Assembly: GCA_963723365.1 (NCBI GenBank)
Contig: CAVRRG010000079.1
Coordinates: forward strand, 1,382-65,381
Length of the DNA: 64,000 nt
Reading direction: 5' to 3'
DNA from: Calditrichota bacterium
GTDB taxonomy: Bacteria > Calditrichota > Calditrichia > Calditrichales > J004
In this document: piece after piece, positions 46,001 to 55,198 of the stretch
Layout: each line of letters starts with the position of its first letter
How positions within the stretch are numbered: position 1 is the stretch's first letter
Program-made: the position numbers and the translations under genes
The notes under the pieces: model-generated
Told to the model about the DNA's origin: nothing
What the model saw: the letters and a program-made list of their open reading frames with translations, nothing else
Databases searched by the model: none

Positions 46001-48205
46001 CTTTTCCAGTGTAGATTTAACCTGGCTCTCAACAACGCGTTCTATGCCTATATAATAGGGTTCAAAATAGGAGGAGGCACTTAAGAAGAGAACTGTTTTT
46101 AAATCCTTAGTCAGCCTGTTTGTTTTGCGGATAAATTCACCACCTTCGTTTGCAAGGTCCGGTAAACCAATCATTGTCAAATCTGAATCACTGGATTCTA
46201 TTCTCAAGATTTCGTTAAAACTTCTTTTTTCGATGGAATTATTTATAATTTTTACTTCAGCTTCCTGTCGTAAATTTTGTAATAAACGCAGCATGTTACT
46301 GTTTACTTTATTTACCAATGCACTATCATCAATAATAATCAGGATGCGGATTTTTGCCTCTTTCCATTCATCCGAAGAATGCATAAAGCGCAATATAGAA
46401 AGAGCAAGTGCCGCATTATTACTTCCTCCCCGCCACCAAACATCTATTGTTTTAAAAGATTTTGAATCTTTAACAGCCGTTTGATCCAGTAAAAGAATAT
46501 TGTAATCCAATGACATCAGTTTGCTAAACAGAGAAACTGCTTTGTCTGGCTGTTCTGACTTTCGAGGCCAGCCTAACAGAACTGTATTAGGTTCAACTCC
46601 TGAGAATCCGTAAAACTGAGAAACAGATTCTATACCATCATAAATATTTACACATTCATATCTGCGGTGGAAAATACCCGTACTGTCTGTATTTTCTTTT
46701 TTTACCTGTTGCGCTGCTTTGGTAAATTTTAGATTGCCATTGTCCGTTTCGACCAGTTCAAAATCTGAAATGATGCCTACTTTCCCGACAATTGCTTTTC
46801 CAAAATCCAGCAGGTGCGATCTGCTATCCACAGCTCCACGGAATAATAATAAATTAGGACTCCAGTTACGTTTATGTATTACAAACTCATTTAATTTGTG
46901 CAGCCCTGTGCGCACAACAGAAGACCAAAAACTTCCCCAGGTGTCGCCCGATTCCAGCGTTAATTCTTTTCTTTTAAGAAAAATGTAAATAAGCGACAGG
47001 ATAAGTGTTGCTCCAATAAAGGCCAAAACATCCAGTTCAAACATTATAATAGCGCAGGCCAGGGCCCCGGTGACACCAACCCAAATAGGGACTTTAAAAG
47101 ATGGTCTAAAATCAGTGCTGGCCCAGGATTCCAGAGCGTAACTTAAGTTTATCAATCCATACGTACTGAGAAAGAATATCGATACAATACGTGCAATCAC
47201 ATTTAAATCACCAATAAGGATGCCTGTTTCAGCAATCAGGAAAGTAAAAAAAAGTGCGCGCCGCGGCTCATTTAAACCACCGCTTCCTTTTGAGAAAAAC
47301 TTAGGTGTAATCTTATCTTTGGAGGTTGCCTGCAGTATACGCGGTGCACCCAACATACTGCCCATGGCCGAAGATATGGTAGCTCCCCAAATTCCTGCTA
47401 TCACCAATTGCGAATTCCAGGCCACTTCTGCCAAAATATTCGGGTTAGCTATTAATTGCTCAACTTGAATATTGTAAGCTATAAATATAGCAAGGAAAAT
47501 ATATATGATAAATCCAATACCAATTGCGGATATTGTTCCAAAAGGAATTGACTTTTTGGGATCTTTGAGATCTCCTGACATTTGCACACCGGCGGTAAAA
47601 CCTGTTACAGCCGGGAAGAAAATCGCAAATATAACAAATAAACTTTCACCATTCGCTACCGGGTTTAAAACAACTTGCTGTTGGGTTAATTCGTTTCCTC
47701 CTAAAAAAATTGAAACTATGGAAAGAACCACTGCGGCGAGTATTAAATATTGTGTTTTTATGGCCAGCGACGTACTTACAAAGACAATAATGGTTAGGAT
47801 AACAATGCTTATCGATCCGTAGATTTGAATAGTTTCTTTTGTAATGGCGATATCCAGGACAGAAAGCAGGCTCTCCGTGAAACCGATAATATATAAACTG
47901 ATACTGAAAGAAAGCCCGACAAAAAGTGCAATACCCAATGTCCCGCCAATGGGCAGCCCCATGCTGCGGGAAATAATATAATAATTGCCGCCTGCTTCCA
48001 CCTTTTTATCAGTGGCAATACTAGAGACACTTAAGCCGGTTGTGATTGAAACAATGTGAGCAACTACTATTATACCGATAGTATAAAATAAACCACCCTG
48101 CGCGACAATCCAGGGCAGACGCAAATACATAATTACGCCTAAAATGGTTAGCAGTGATGGTACAAAAACGCCGCCAAAGGTTCCGAACTTTCTAGTCTTT
48201 GCCAA
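43064..48205 (-). CDS. Fusion protein: SLC12/cation-chloride-cotransporter-type APC permease with its C-terminal domain, a ~650-aa helical region of unknown function, a P-loop ATPase, and a winged-helix-like C-terminus
   Basis: N-terminal FGTFGGVFVPSLLTILGVIMYLRLPWIVAQGG, GGNYYIISRSMG and 12 TM segments. Walker A LIKGEPRSGKTAL (nt 43921-43960). Walker B-like STVIINDLE. A single uninterrupted 5.1-kb ORF. Confidence 0.8.
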   Translation of the reverse strand: MAKTRKFGTFGGVFVPSLLTILGVIMYLRLPWIVAQGGLFYTIGIIVVAHIVSITTGLSVSSIATDKKVEAGGNYYIISRSMGLPIGGTLGIALFVGLSFSISLYIIGFTESLLSVLDIAITKETIQIYGSISIVILTIIVFVSTSLAIKTQYLILAAVVLSIVSIFLGGNELTQQQVVLNPVANGESLFVIFAIFFPAVTGFTAGVQMSGDLKDPKKSIPFGTISAIGIGFIIYIFLAIFIAYNIQVEQLIANPNILAEVAWNSQLVIAGIWGATISSAMGSMLGAPRILQATSKDKITPKFFSKGSGGLNEPRRALFFTFLIAETGILIGDLNVIARIVSIFFLSTYGLINLSYALESWASTDFRPSFKVPIWVGVTGALACAIIMFELDVLAFIGATLILSLIYIFLKRKELTLESGDTWGSFWSSVVRTGLHKLNEFVIHKRNWSPNLLLFRGAVDSRSHLLDFGKAIVGKVGIISDFELVETDNGNLKFTKAAQQVKKENTDSTGIFHRRYECVNIYDGIESVSQFYGFSGVEPNTVLLGWPRKSEQPDKAVSLFSKLMSLDYNILLLDQTAVKDSKSFKTIDVWWRGGSNNAALALSILRFMHSSDEWKEAKIRILIIIDDSALVNKVNSNMLRLLQNLRQEAEVKIINNSIEKRSFNEILRIESSDSDLTMIGLPDLANEGGEFIRKTNRLTKDLKTVLFLSASSYFEPYYIGIERVVESQVKSTLEKAKTEHTAIELPKDEMLAERVLTIHNQINDSLNEFYRSYILEIEQDFKDLGRKIESQIINSFQLLSKNLKALDTKRIVKLITRLQRESFTNSQKLLQTFKNENMQHLKESLGNGIENIIFVHNEILNSCPETETALFDREAIAINMKDPTSVKFFKTKKLINNKIFKSDIKVPIKIKMFLRHHINGFLRMQLLQHVKQIGLIGYDSISELQKIFSRVQDVLRNLENYTLDNNTLSKKRIEESVSSITTLFNKYCDDVESSFAKVVNSFTAAHHQSFQNKIKTFNLVQVNSIIRKNFRLKKTSIQEEKLLSLSGQWSQNMLLMIDFAEMELTLILFKNRLRLLLYKWVDNLENLINETLNVYFEPIESLFNNYINNQKPENLKKLVVAEDTKSIELGADTAVLSGEVQNYIKELPEIIEVMSEGSFKALEENQFEEQDIVSVYLKRLVTYLVDTEFLQDLNDEVLVFNSGLKEAVVAIEDTQRLIVASVSNAENPLKMDALSEEEDLDHLIGHGVRRLSDSKEKIESLLEELQKYAYKRLRSTFDSLSPYLITHTTNNLKQYIFSQEQRKVLSGLEKTKQNIYGFIQRLAVNLQYSKSEGILFARRLNKLEEKQTGSIDMMITFTQNYSPDSEVINTLPRYYKQLFSGESSISSQFLVSKKTLIDRAERIYKRYKEGFSGALLIKGEPRSGKTALSRNIAHSYFDAENVFWVNPKSGGSINPEHFNKALAEGTNRSGSVEQIIKGLAPHSTVIINDLEMWWERSASGFQIIDIILNLIDTFGKKVFFILNINSFSYRLINNIQNIEKSFVGVINVEPFNAKEIETAILHRHSSTGLNFVYQNRLEDQMSDIRKAGIFNDIFKYSVGSIGVSLLSWLIMIEDFTNDTIELKKLPKLDWEILLSVENEWNIWLTQFVLHKELTIARLRRIFNSTEKSTKQTIEALQRSGFVVKGPNNSLRINPFIEHLFVNQFSRMGMIWGN

Positions 48206-48241
48206 AACTTAGTCCAAATTAATTGTTAGTATTAAAGGTAA

Positions 48242-49642
48242 TTAAACTTTTAACCCAAAATATTGATGGATAAACTCTTTCCGATTATCATCCAACTTTG
48301 CGTATAACATCATTTTGTAAAGTTTTTCCTGTTCGCGCTTCAACTTTACATTAAGATATTCCTGATCGACTAAATTTTCAGGAATATCAGAAATTACTCT
48401 AATATTCTTTTTCTCAATATCACCTTCGATTACACCATAGCGATCAAAAATAGAAATTACTGTCTCGGCCCTGAAATCGCGCCTGTTTTTATAGGTGAGT
48501 TGTTCTTTTAAATAATCTATCCCTTCACCATTAACACGCTCAATATCGGCCTTCATTAAGCTATAAGCCCTGTGGTAAAACTCTGCGTCAGGATTATTCC
48601 ATTTCATAAACTCCATGTGGATGTTCAAATCCTGCTCATCATATAAAAGAACACAGAGTGAAGGTTCATCGTCCCTTCCGGCGCGACCAATTTCCTGGTA
48701 GTATGATTCGATCGAACCGGGAACCTGAGCATGCACCACAAAACGAATATCCTCCTTATCTATGCCCATTCCAAATGCATTTGTCGCTAAAATAACGGTG
48801 TCTTTTCCAGACATAAATATTTCCTGGATAGATTTTCTTTTTCCTGTTTCCAATTTACCATGATAAACCAAATTTTTAATTCCTTTTTTGATCAGCAATT
48901 CGCTCATTTGTTCCAGGTCTTTTATCAAAGAGAAATAAACAATCCCGTTTCCCGGGTTTTCCTTTATTATTTTCAATATTTCATTAAGCTTTTCAGATTC
49001 ACCCCACAATGGAACTGTTTCTAATTTTAAATTAGGACGGTTGATCCCTTCGTGAAAAAGTTTTACATGCTTTTCCTTAAAACCAAGCTGGGTAATGATA
49101 TCTTTTTGCACATCAGGTGTTGCAGTGGCGGTTAACGCAATTGTAACCGGGTTATTCATCGCATTGCGGAATTCTTTTAAACGTGTGTAATCAGGTCTAA
49201 AATCATGTCCCCATTCGCTTATGCAGTGGGCCTCATCTACAGCCATCAAATTGATTGTACGTTTTTTTATAACATTTAGAAATATTTTTTTCCTAAATCG
49301 CTCCGGTGTCACATAAACCAGTTTATGTCTTCCCTTTTTTAAATTGTGATAACGTTGCTCTCTTTCGTCCTGGGAAAGAGAAGAATTTATATATATTGCA
49401 TCTATGTTTTTCTTAATCAGGGTATCTACCTGATCTTTCATTAATGCTATCAGAGGCGATATAACTACTGTCAGTCCATTTTGCATAAGAGCAGGTATTT
49501 GATATAATAAAGATTTACCGGATCCCGTCGGCATAATTACCAAAGAATTTTGTTTGTCCAGAACTGATTCGATAACTTTTTTCTGAATGCCCCGAAATTT
49601 ATTATAACCAAAGGTTTTTTTAAGAATTTTTTCTGCGGTCAT
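48242..49642 (-). CDS. RecQ-family DEAH-box DNA helicase, short form without HRDC
   Basis: FGYNKFRGIQKKVIESVL....LVIMPTGSGKSLLYQIPA, MAVDEAHCISEWGHDFRPDY, LTATAT, GMGIDKEDIRFVVH. Confidence 0.85.
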   Translation of the reverse strand: MTAEKILKKTFGYNKFRGIQKKVIESVLDKQNSLVIMPTGSGKSLLYQIPALMQNGLTVVISPLIALMKDQVDTLIKKNIDAIYINSSLSQDEREQRYHNLKKGRHKLVYVTPERFRKKIFLNVIKKRTINLMAVDEAHCISEWGHDFRPDYTRLKEFRNAMNNPVTIALTATATPDVQKDIITQLGFKEKHVKLFHEGINRPNLKLETVPLWGESEKLNEILKIIKENPGNGIVYFSLIKDLEQMSELLIKKGIKNLVYHGKLETGKRKSIQEIFMSGKDTVILATNAFGMGIDKEDIRFVVHAQVPGSIESYYQEIGRAGRDDEPSLCVLLYDEQDLNIHMEFMKWNNPDAEFYHRAYSLMKADIERVNGEGIDYLKEQLTYKNRRDFRAETVISIFDRYGVIEGDIEKKNIRVISDIPENLVDQEYLNVKLKREQEKLYKMMLYAKLDDNRKEFIHQYFGLKV

Positions 49643-49844
49643 CTGAAGTATTAGGCCTGTTATAAAAATAGTTTTAAAACATATGTAAAAGGTATCATTT
49701 AAAAAAGAACTTTTTGAGTTTTGCTCTCAATTTTTTGATTCGGGGGCTTCATTTTTTATTATATTAGATAAGAATTTTGCGGGGAATGTAACCTCTGGGA
49801 TTTCAGTCTCCAGCAAGATAATGCTCTTATAGGGAGGCACCATT

Positions 49845-50735
49845 ATGAAACCATTAAAAATTTTAGTCCCGATCGATTTTAGTCCGTATTCTTCCTATGC
49901 TGCAGATTTCGCGTCTTTCCTGGCGCAGGAATATAAAGCAGATATTACATTATACCATGTTGTAGTTATGTTTGAAACTGAAGTTGAGGAAGAAGAACAT
50001 CTAAAAAATATAGAAGGAATAGTAAAACATAAAATTCTATCTACAAATTCTCTTTTGGAAAAAAAGAAAAAAACGATAGATGTTACAGATTTTAAAATTC
50101 ACTCTGTCACAGAGCATGGCGTTAACGCTGCAAATTCTATTCTTGAATTTATTAACAGTCATAATTATGATTTGGTAATAATTGGAACTCATGGCAGAAC
50201 AGGGTTAAAAAACTGGATCTATGGCAGTGTTGCAGAAAAAGTAGTGAGACTGGCACAAATTCCTGTTATCACTTTGCATAATATACCAGTTTTCAGTCAT
50301 ATGAAGAATATCCTTGTGCCTGTAGATTTTTCTGAAAACTCCCGCAAAACACTTGAAACAGCCAGGAAGATTGCAAAAACGTTTCATTCCCAGCTAAACT
50401 ACATTCATATTATTGAACAACAATTACATCCTTCCTACCAGGTGGTTGGTATTGAATCCGTTTTTACACTTAATCCGGACCTCAAGGATATTTCACTTAA
50501 TAAACTGAAGGAATTCTGCTATAAAGAAAATGAAAAGGCAACCTTTGCCATACTGGAAGGAACAGCCCATCGTGATATTACTGATTATGCAAAAGAAATA
50601 AACTGTGGATTAATTGTTATGTCTACGCATGGATATACAGGAATAGACCATGTCCTAATTGGGTCGACAACCGAGAGAGTTGTAAGGATAGCTCCTTGTC
50701 CTGTTTTAATTATTGGCCGGGATAATAAAAATTAA
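49845..50735 (+). CDS. Tandem universal stress protein (two UspA domains)
   Basis: Two copies of the pattern ILVP.DFS..S......A...A......L...HV......(x).GTHGRTGL...GSVAEKV.R....PV. Confidence 0.85.
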   Translation: MKPLKILVPIDFSPYSSYAADFASFLAQEYKADITLYHVVVMFETEVEEEEHLKNIEGIVKHKILSTNSLLEKKKKTIDVTDFKIHSVTEHGVNAANSILEFINSHNYDLVIIGTHGRTGLKNWIYGSVAEKVVRLAQIPVITLHNIPVFSHMKNILVPVDFSENSRKTLETARKIAKTFHSQLNYIHIIEQQLHPSYQVVGIESVFTLNPDLKDISLNKLKEFCYKENEKATFAILEGTAHRDITDYAKEINCGLIVMSTHGYTGIDHVLIGSTTERVVRIAPCPVLIIGRDNKN

Positions 50736-50775
50736 AAAAGAAAGATTAGGGGAATGTTGTGTTCGATAAGAAATT

Positions 50776-51168
50776 CTATGTCAAATGAAAGATATCAATC
50801 TCCTGGATTTTAGACATATTAAGATAAACAACACTGGAGCTATTCCCCGTTAATATATATTTCCAGTCCCCTTTGTGATTGCGGACTATTGATCCCCAAA
50901 TCTTTCTCTTTCTGCGCTCACTAAAAACTTCCCAAAAAAGATGTCCAAAAAATGCTGTTTGTTTGTCAAGGTAAAATCCCGGTATACGAATTCCAATTTC
51001 AAGTACTGTATTTTTTAATGGTATAGGGTTAAATGATTTATTAATTAAACATTCAATAAACAAAGGTGAATAGTCCTGGTTTTTAAAAACAAGATTATGA
51101 ACCGATCGCTTTACACCATTTCCCAAAATAATATCGTAAAAGATTTCTTTAATTTGTTTACTATTCAT
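50776..51168 (-). CDS. Hypothetical protein with no recognisable motif
   Basis: ORF only. It lies 2 nt downstream of the DsrE-like gene on the same strand. Confidence 0.4.
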   Translation of the reverse strand: MNSKQIKEIFYDIILGNGVKRSVHNLVFKNQDYSPLFIECLINKSFNPIPLKNTVLEIGIRIPGFYLDKQTAFFGHLFWEVFSERRKRKIWGSIVRNHKGDWKYILTGNSSSVVYLNMSKIQEIDIFHLT

Positions 51169-51170
51169 TC

Positions 51171-51686
51171 TTAGATAAACAGCTGAATGTCAGCATCCAC
51201 AGCAAAATCGAGAAAAGTAGCGGCACCACCCTCTTCAATTTCATCTATAAAATCATCTCTTTTAAAACCAAATACATCCATTGTCATGGTGCAGGCAATA
51301 AACGTAACACCACTCTCGATGCATGCCGCTCGCAGTTCCTCAACAGTAGATATACCATTTTTCTTAAATGTTTTTTTCATCATACTTGATGCCATTGTCT
51401 CAAAACCGGGGATGTTACCCGATAATATATTGGGAACAGACCAATTTATTTTTGCAACCTCTTGCGGTCCAAATGGCAATTTAAAAGGCATGGCGGGGTT
51501 TGAGGCCGGGGAAATTTTTGCTTCAATTTTTTTTTTCAACAGGCTTAAGCCATAAAAAGTGAAAAATATTTTAACCTCCATGTCCATTGCTGCTGCTGTT
51601 GAAGCTAAAACAAAAGGAGGGTAAGCCCAGTCTAATGTGCCCTTTGAAGCTATCAGTGCGACCTTTTTCTTTTTAGAATTTGCCAT
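51171..51686 (-). CDS. DsrE/DsrF-like sulfur-relay family protein (COG2210 type)
   Basis: KKVALIASKGTLDWAYPPFVLASTAAAMDMEVKIFFTFYGL...ACTMTMDVFG. Directly downstream of a TusA-like gene. Confidence 0.7.
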   Translation of the reverse strand: MANSKKKKVALIASKGTLDWAYPPFVLASTAAAMDMEVKIFFTFYGLSLLKKKIEAKISPASNPAMPFKLPFGPQEVAKINWSVPNILSGNIPGFETMASSMMKKTFKKNGISTVEELRAACIESGVTFIACTMTMDVFGFKRDDFIDEIEEGGAATFLDFAVDADIQLFI

Positions 51687-51690
51687 AATA

Positions 51691-51927
51691 TTACTTTTTG
51701 GTTATGTAAAAAATAAAGGTGTCATTTTCATGTGACTGCTCTAATATTTTATTACCCGTTCTGCGGCTCCAGGCGTTTGTATCGTTTATAGAACCCGGAT
51801 CTGTAGCGATCATTTTTAACACATCACCACTTTTTAGTGTTTCGATTATTTTTCTTGTTTTAATTATGGGTTGTGGACATTTCAAGCCACTGCAGTCCAG
51901 AACTAATGTCACATTTATATCATTCAT
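51691..51927 (-). CDS. tusA: TusA/SirA-family sulfur carrier
   Basis: LDCSGLKCPQPIIKTRKIIETLKSGDVLKMIATDPGS (CPxP active-site motif). Confidence 0.85.
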   Translation of the reverse strand: MNDINVTLVLDCSGLKCPQPIIKTRKIIETLKSGDVLKMIATDPGSINDTNAWSRRTGNKILEQSHENDTFIFYITKK

Positions 51928-51933
51928 TTTTTA

Positions 51934-53076
51934 TTATTTTTTTCCAAGTAGATAAATCAATGCTTCGCTTAGGTGCCCTTTTAAACTAAAATCAGATTTT
52001 CCTTCATTATAGTAGTCAAAGCCATAGTTAACTTTTTTACTTTCCAAAAATTTTCTTATGTGATTGTAAGTGCTGTCCTTCCTCTCAAAAGTCCCAAAAT
52101 TAAAATAGATATTGACAGCCGAGAGATCGGCATTTTGTAACTCTTTTTTTATTAACAGGCTATCTATCTCAAAGGCTGCCGATTGAGCAAAAACGGCATT
52201 AAGCTTGTCCGAATAATTTTTGAGTGCATAAAAAGCTGTTACACCTTCATTTAGTGCCCCGCCTAATGCAACGGGGTTGTCTGAAAGGTTATATAATCCT
52301 TGTATTTGCGGCAAGAACTTCTTTAGTAAATTATTCAAAAACAAATCATCAAAAACAGAGATTTGATTTTTAGAAATTATAAAGACCGCTATACAGGGCT
52401 CTATTGATTTGCTAAAAATTAAATTTTCTATTGTAATATTAGCTTTCAAATCTGCCAGGTATTTCTGGCCATCAAGGAATAACAGTATGGGGGCATTTGA
52501 ATCCGCCAAGTGGTGTTTAAAAACAATAAAATTATTCTGAACATTATTATTAATTTTTAAAGTTAAAGAATCCAGCTTCGTGTAGATATAGTTCCTTTTA
52601 ATTAATGTTGTTGTCGGATATTCATATTCCGGTAAAAACAAAAGCGAATATCTTTTCTTTTTTGAAAAATGTACTTTGGGATTCAGGGAATCCAGCAATA
52701 GTTTCCCGCCGGCAAAAAAATTATAGGCAAAAGCGCTATTGACGGGGTAACTCTCTTTTATATAATAATAATTTGTACCAACAATGCGCAGTAACTGCGT
52801 TTTGCTTTTACTCCACTGGTTCATATCGCCAACAAGGAAAACTGGCAAATCCCGGCCTTCCCTGAGCAGAAAATAAACATCTGAATTATCTATAATTGGA
52901 AATTCTTCTTGCAAATTTAACCACTTTTCTAATTCCGGCTGCCGCTTGTTTTCATCAATTTCAGCTAAATTATATAAAAATTCTGTGAAGTTTTTTGGAG
53001 ATGAATCGCACCCAAAAAGCAGGAAAGCAAGTAATAATAAGGGTTTACAATACAAAAAAATACTTTTAAAAATCAT
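51934..53076 (-). CDS. Lipoprotein, putative esterase (enterochelin-esterase-like alpha/beta hydrolase with an N-terminal Ig-like domain)
   Basis: Lipobox LLFGC. N-terminal DVYFLLREGRDLPVFLVGDMNQW (esterase N-domain-like). The call is tentative. Confidence 0.45.
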   Translation of the reverse strand: MIFKSIFLYCKPLLLLAFLLFGCDSSPKNFTEFLYNLAEIDENKRQPELEKWLNLQEEFPIIDNSDVYFLLREGRDLPVFLVGDMNQWSKSKTQLLRIVGTNYYYIKESYPVNSAFAYNFFAGGKLLLDSLNPKVHFSKKKRYSLLFLPEYEYPTTTLIKRNYIYTKLDSLTLKINNNVQNNFIVFKHHLADSNAPILLFLDGQKYLADLKANITIENLIFSKSIEPCIAVFIISKNQISVFDDLFLNNLLKKFLPQIQGLYNLSDNPVALGGALNEGVTAFYALKNYSDKLNAVFAQSAAFEIDSLLIKKELQNADLSAVNIYFNFGTFERKDSTYNHIRKFLESKKVNYGFDYYNEGKSDFSLKGHLSEALIYLLGKK

Positions 53077-53397
53077 TTGACTATTCGTCCAAAAAAGACA
53101 ATAACATTGATTGTGGATAACATGTGGAGAACTTAAAGATTTCCGCAGTCAAAAAAAATTAGCAAATGCTCAATATAAGACATACACAATTGTTAAAACC
53201 GCCTTATGTAATTGTTTTTATTTGGTTTATAGAATAATGGGGTTTCGTTCCCGGACAAATTAGATTTATTTTTTAATATACTTATAGAAATTATAGTATC
53301 ATTGTTAATAAGTTAGACAGCAACTGCTTCCAAAAATCACCCGCACAGCAGTAAATAAGAGACATTACAAAGTTTCGTTGTTATAAAAATGATACTT

Positions 53398-53847
53398 TTA
53401 CTCTACCCATTTAGTGTGCTTATCAGCCATGATTTCTTTTTTCCAAATAGGAACATCATATTTAATTTTTTCAACGATTTCTGTCATTGCTGCAATAGCC
53501 TCTTTTCTGTGCATCGAGGAAACAAAAATGAATAATGAAATCTCACCCACAGCAACAAATCCTGTGCTATGGTATATATGCAGGCAGCTGAGTTTTCTTT
53601 TCGACAAAGCCTCCTCCCTAATTTTGAAAATCTCATTATTGGCCATTTCTTCATAAGCAGAGTACTCTATTTTTTCGACTATTCTGCCTTCTTTCTCATC
53701 AGCCCGCACCTGTCCAAGAAATATAGCATGTCCACCAATATTAGTTTTGCTGCTATGATTGGCAATTTGTTCAGCAATAAACATTGCTCTTATTGGTCCG
53801 TTAATAAAATAGGATTTTGAGTTACTTTTCTTTTTTTTACTGCTCAT
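53398..53847 (-). CDS. moaE: Molybdopterin synthase catalytic subunit MoaE (start moved to the internal Met)
   Basis: GGHAIFLGQVRAD...IEYSAYEEMA...IYHSTGFVAVGEISLFIFVSSMHRKEA...IKYDVPIWKKE. The ATG at 53847 overlaps the moeB stop by 11 nt. Confidence 0.85.
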   Translation of the reverse strand: MSSKKKKSNSKSYFINGPIRAMFIAEQIANHSSKTNIGGHAIFLGQVRADEKEGRIVEKIEYSAYEEMANNEIFKIREEALSKRKLSCLHIYHSTGFVAVGEISLFIFVSSMHRKEAIAAMTEIVEKIKYDVPIWKKEIMADKHTKWVE

Positions 53848-54946
53848 TTCTGTTCCATTGTTGAAGCCCGCCCTGTAAATTATATACATTTAGACCCAGT
53901 TTCTGCAATTCTGCAGCGGCTTTTTGACTTGTTATGCCATAATCACAAAATACGACAATCTTCTTGTTCTTATTCAGAGTGTCAATATTTTCCTTTAATT
54001 TGGAAGATGGAATTCGCTGACTATCAGTGATTGTATCAGAATTGAAACTCTCCCTAACATCAATCATTTGAAAATCCCTTAATGAAGTGCTCTGAATCTC
54101 ATTTTGTGTAATATTTTTTACTGTATGGAAAGGATGGCCGTTGCAGAAGTCATAGTATATTGAATCACTAATTCCCTTTTTCAGATCAAAAATATTCTGG
54201 CGGGGGTTGTCATCCCTGTTAACAAGAATATGCATAAAGCGGTTCTGCAGTAAATCAATTAATAGCAATTTCCCGGAAAGCACTTCTCCCGGCCCACCTG
54301 CCATTTTAATCACTTCATTGGCCTGCAGACATCCTATTGTACCGGGTAAAACACCAACAACGCCAATTTCTGCGCAATTCGGAGCTGCTTCAGGAGAGGG
54401 CGGGTTTGGGAACAAACAGCGGTATGTAGGTCCTTTAATACCTTTTTCGCTTTCATAATTGAAAACACAAATCTGACCCTGAAATTGATCAATGGAGGCA
54501 AAGACAAAAGGTTTGTCTAAAATTACGCAGGCATCATTAATTAAATAACGGGCGGTAAAATTATCTGTGGCATCCACTATTATATCAAAGTTATTTATAA
54601 CTTCCAGAGCATTGCCTGCCTCGAGTTTTGTTGGAAAGGCTTTATATTCAATATATGGATTAATATCACTAAGTCTTTCAATGGCCGCATTTGCTTTTAA
54701 AGAACCAATTTGAGAATGGCCATATAAATTTTGCCGATGCAGATTACTTAAATGCACGGTATCTGCATCTACAACACCCAATGTTCCAATACCGGCGCCA
54801 GCCAGGTGCATAAGAGCAGGGCAACCTAATCCACCGGCTCCGATTACGAGCACACGGGTTTTTTTTAAGGCTAACTGAACCTGCTCACCCATATCTTCAA
54901 GTAAAATATGTCTGGAATAAAAAACCAGTTCATCTTTTGAAAACAT
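53837..54946 (-). CDS. moeB: Molybdopterin-synthase adenylyltransferase MoeB/ThiF with a C-terminal rhodanese domain
   Basis: YSRHILL...VLVIGAGGLGCPALMHLAGAGIGTLGVVDADTVHLSNLHRQ. C-terminal ...IDVRE...VVFCDYGITS... Confidence 0.9.
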   Translation of the reverse strand: MFSKDELVFYSRHILLEDMGEQVQLALKKTRVLVIGAGGLGCPALMHLAGAGIGTLGVVDADTVHLSNLHRQNLYGHSQIGSLKANAAIERLSDINPYIEYKAFPTKLEAGNALEVINNFDIIVDATDNFTARYLINDACVILDKPFVFASIDQFQGQICVFNYESEKGIKGPTYRCLFPNPPSPEAAPNCAEIGVVGVLPGTIGCLQANEVIKMAGGPGEVLSGKLLLIDLLQNRFMHILVNRDDNPRQNIFDLKKGISDSIYYDFCNGHPFHTVKNITQNEIQSTSLRDFQMIDVRESFNSDTITDSQRIPSSKLKENIDTLNKNKKIVVFCDYGITSQKAAAELQKLGLNVYNLQGGLQQWNRNEQ

Positions 54947-55183
54947 TTACCCTCCGGCAAATGGTGGCATAAAAGCGACTACATCATTTTCTTTTAATTC
55001 CTGATCATTATTAACTATGTTCTCATTAATAGCAATACGATATGTATATCGTTCAAGATCAGGATAGTTACTTTGTAATATTTTTTGTAATTGGTAAGCC
55101 GTTGTTTTTTCATCCAGCACTATATTTTGCTGTTTATTAACGACATCTACAAGCCTTCCAAAAAAGAGCAGATTAATTTTCAT
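54947..55183 (-). CDS. moaD: Molybdopterin synthase sulfur carrier MoaD
   Basis: 78-aa ubiquitin-like protein ending ...VAFMPPFAGG. Located between moaA and moeB. Confidence 0.85.
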   Translation of the reverse strand: MKINLLFFGRLVDVVNKQQNIVLDEKTTAYQLQKILQSNYPDLERYTYRIAINENIVNNDQELKENDVVAFMPPFAGG

Positions 55184-55198
55184 GTTGTTAAATCCATT

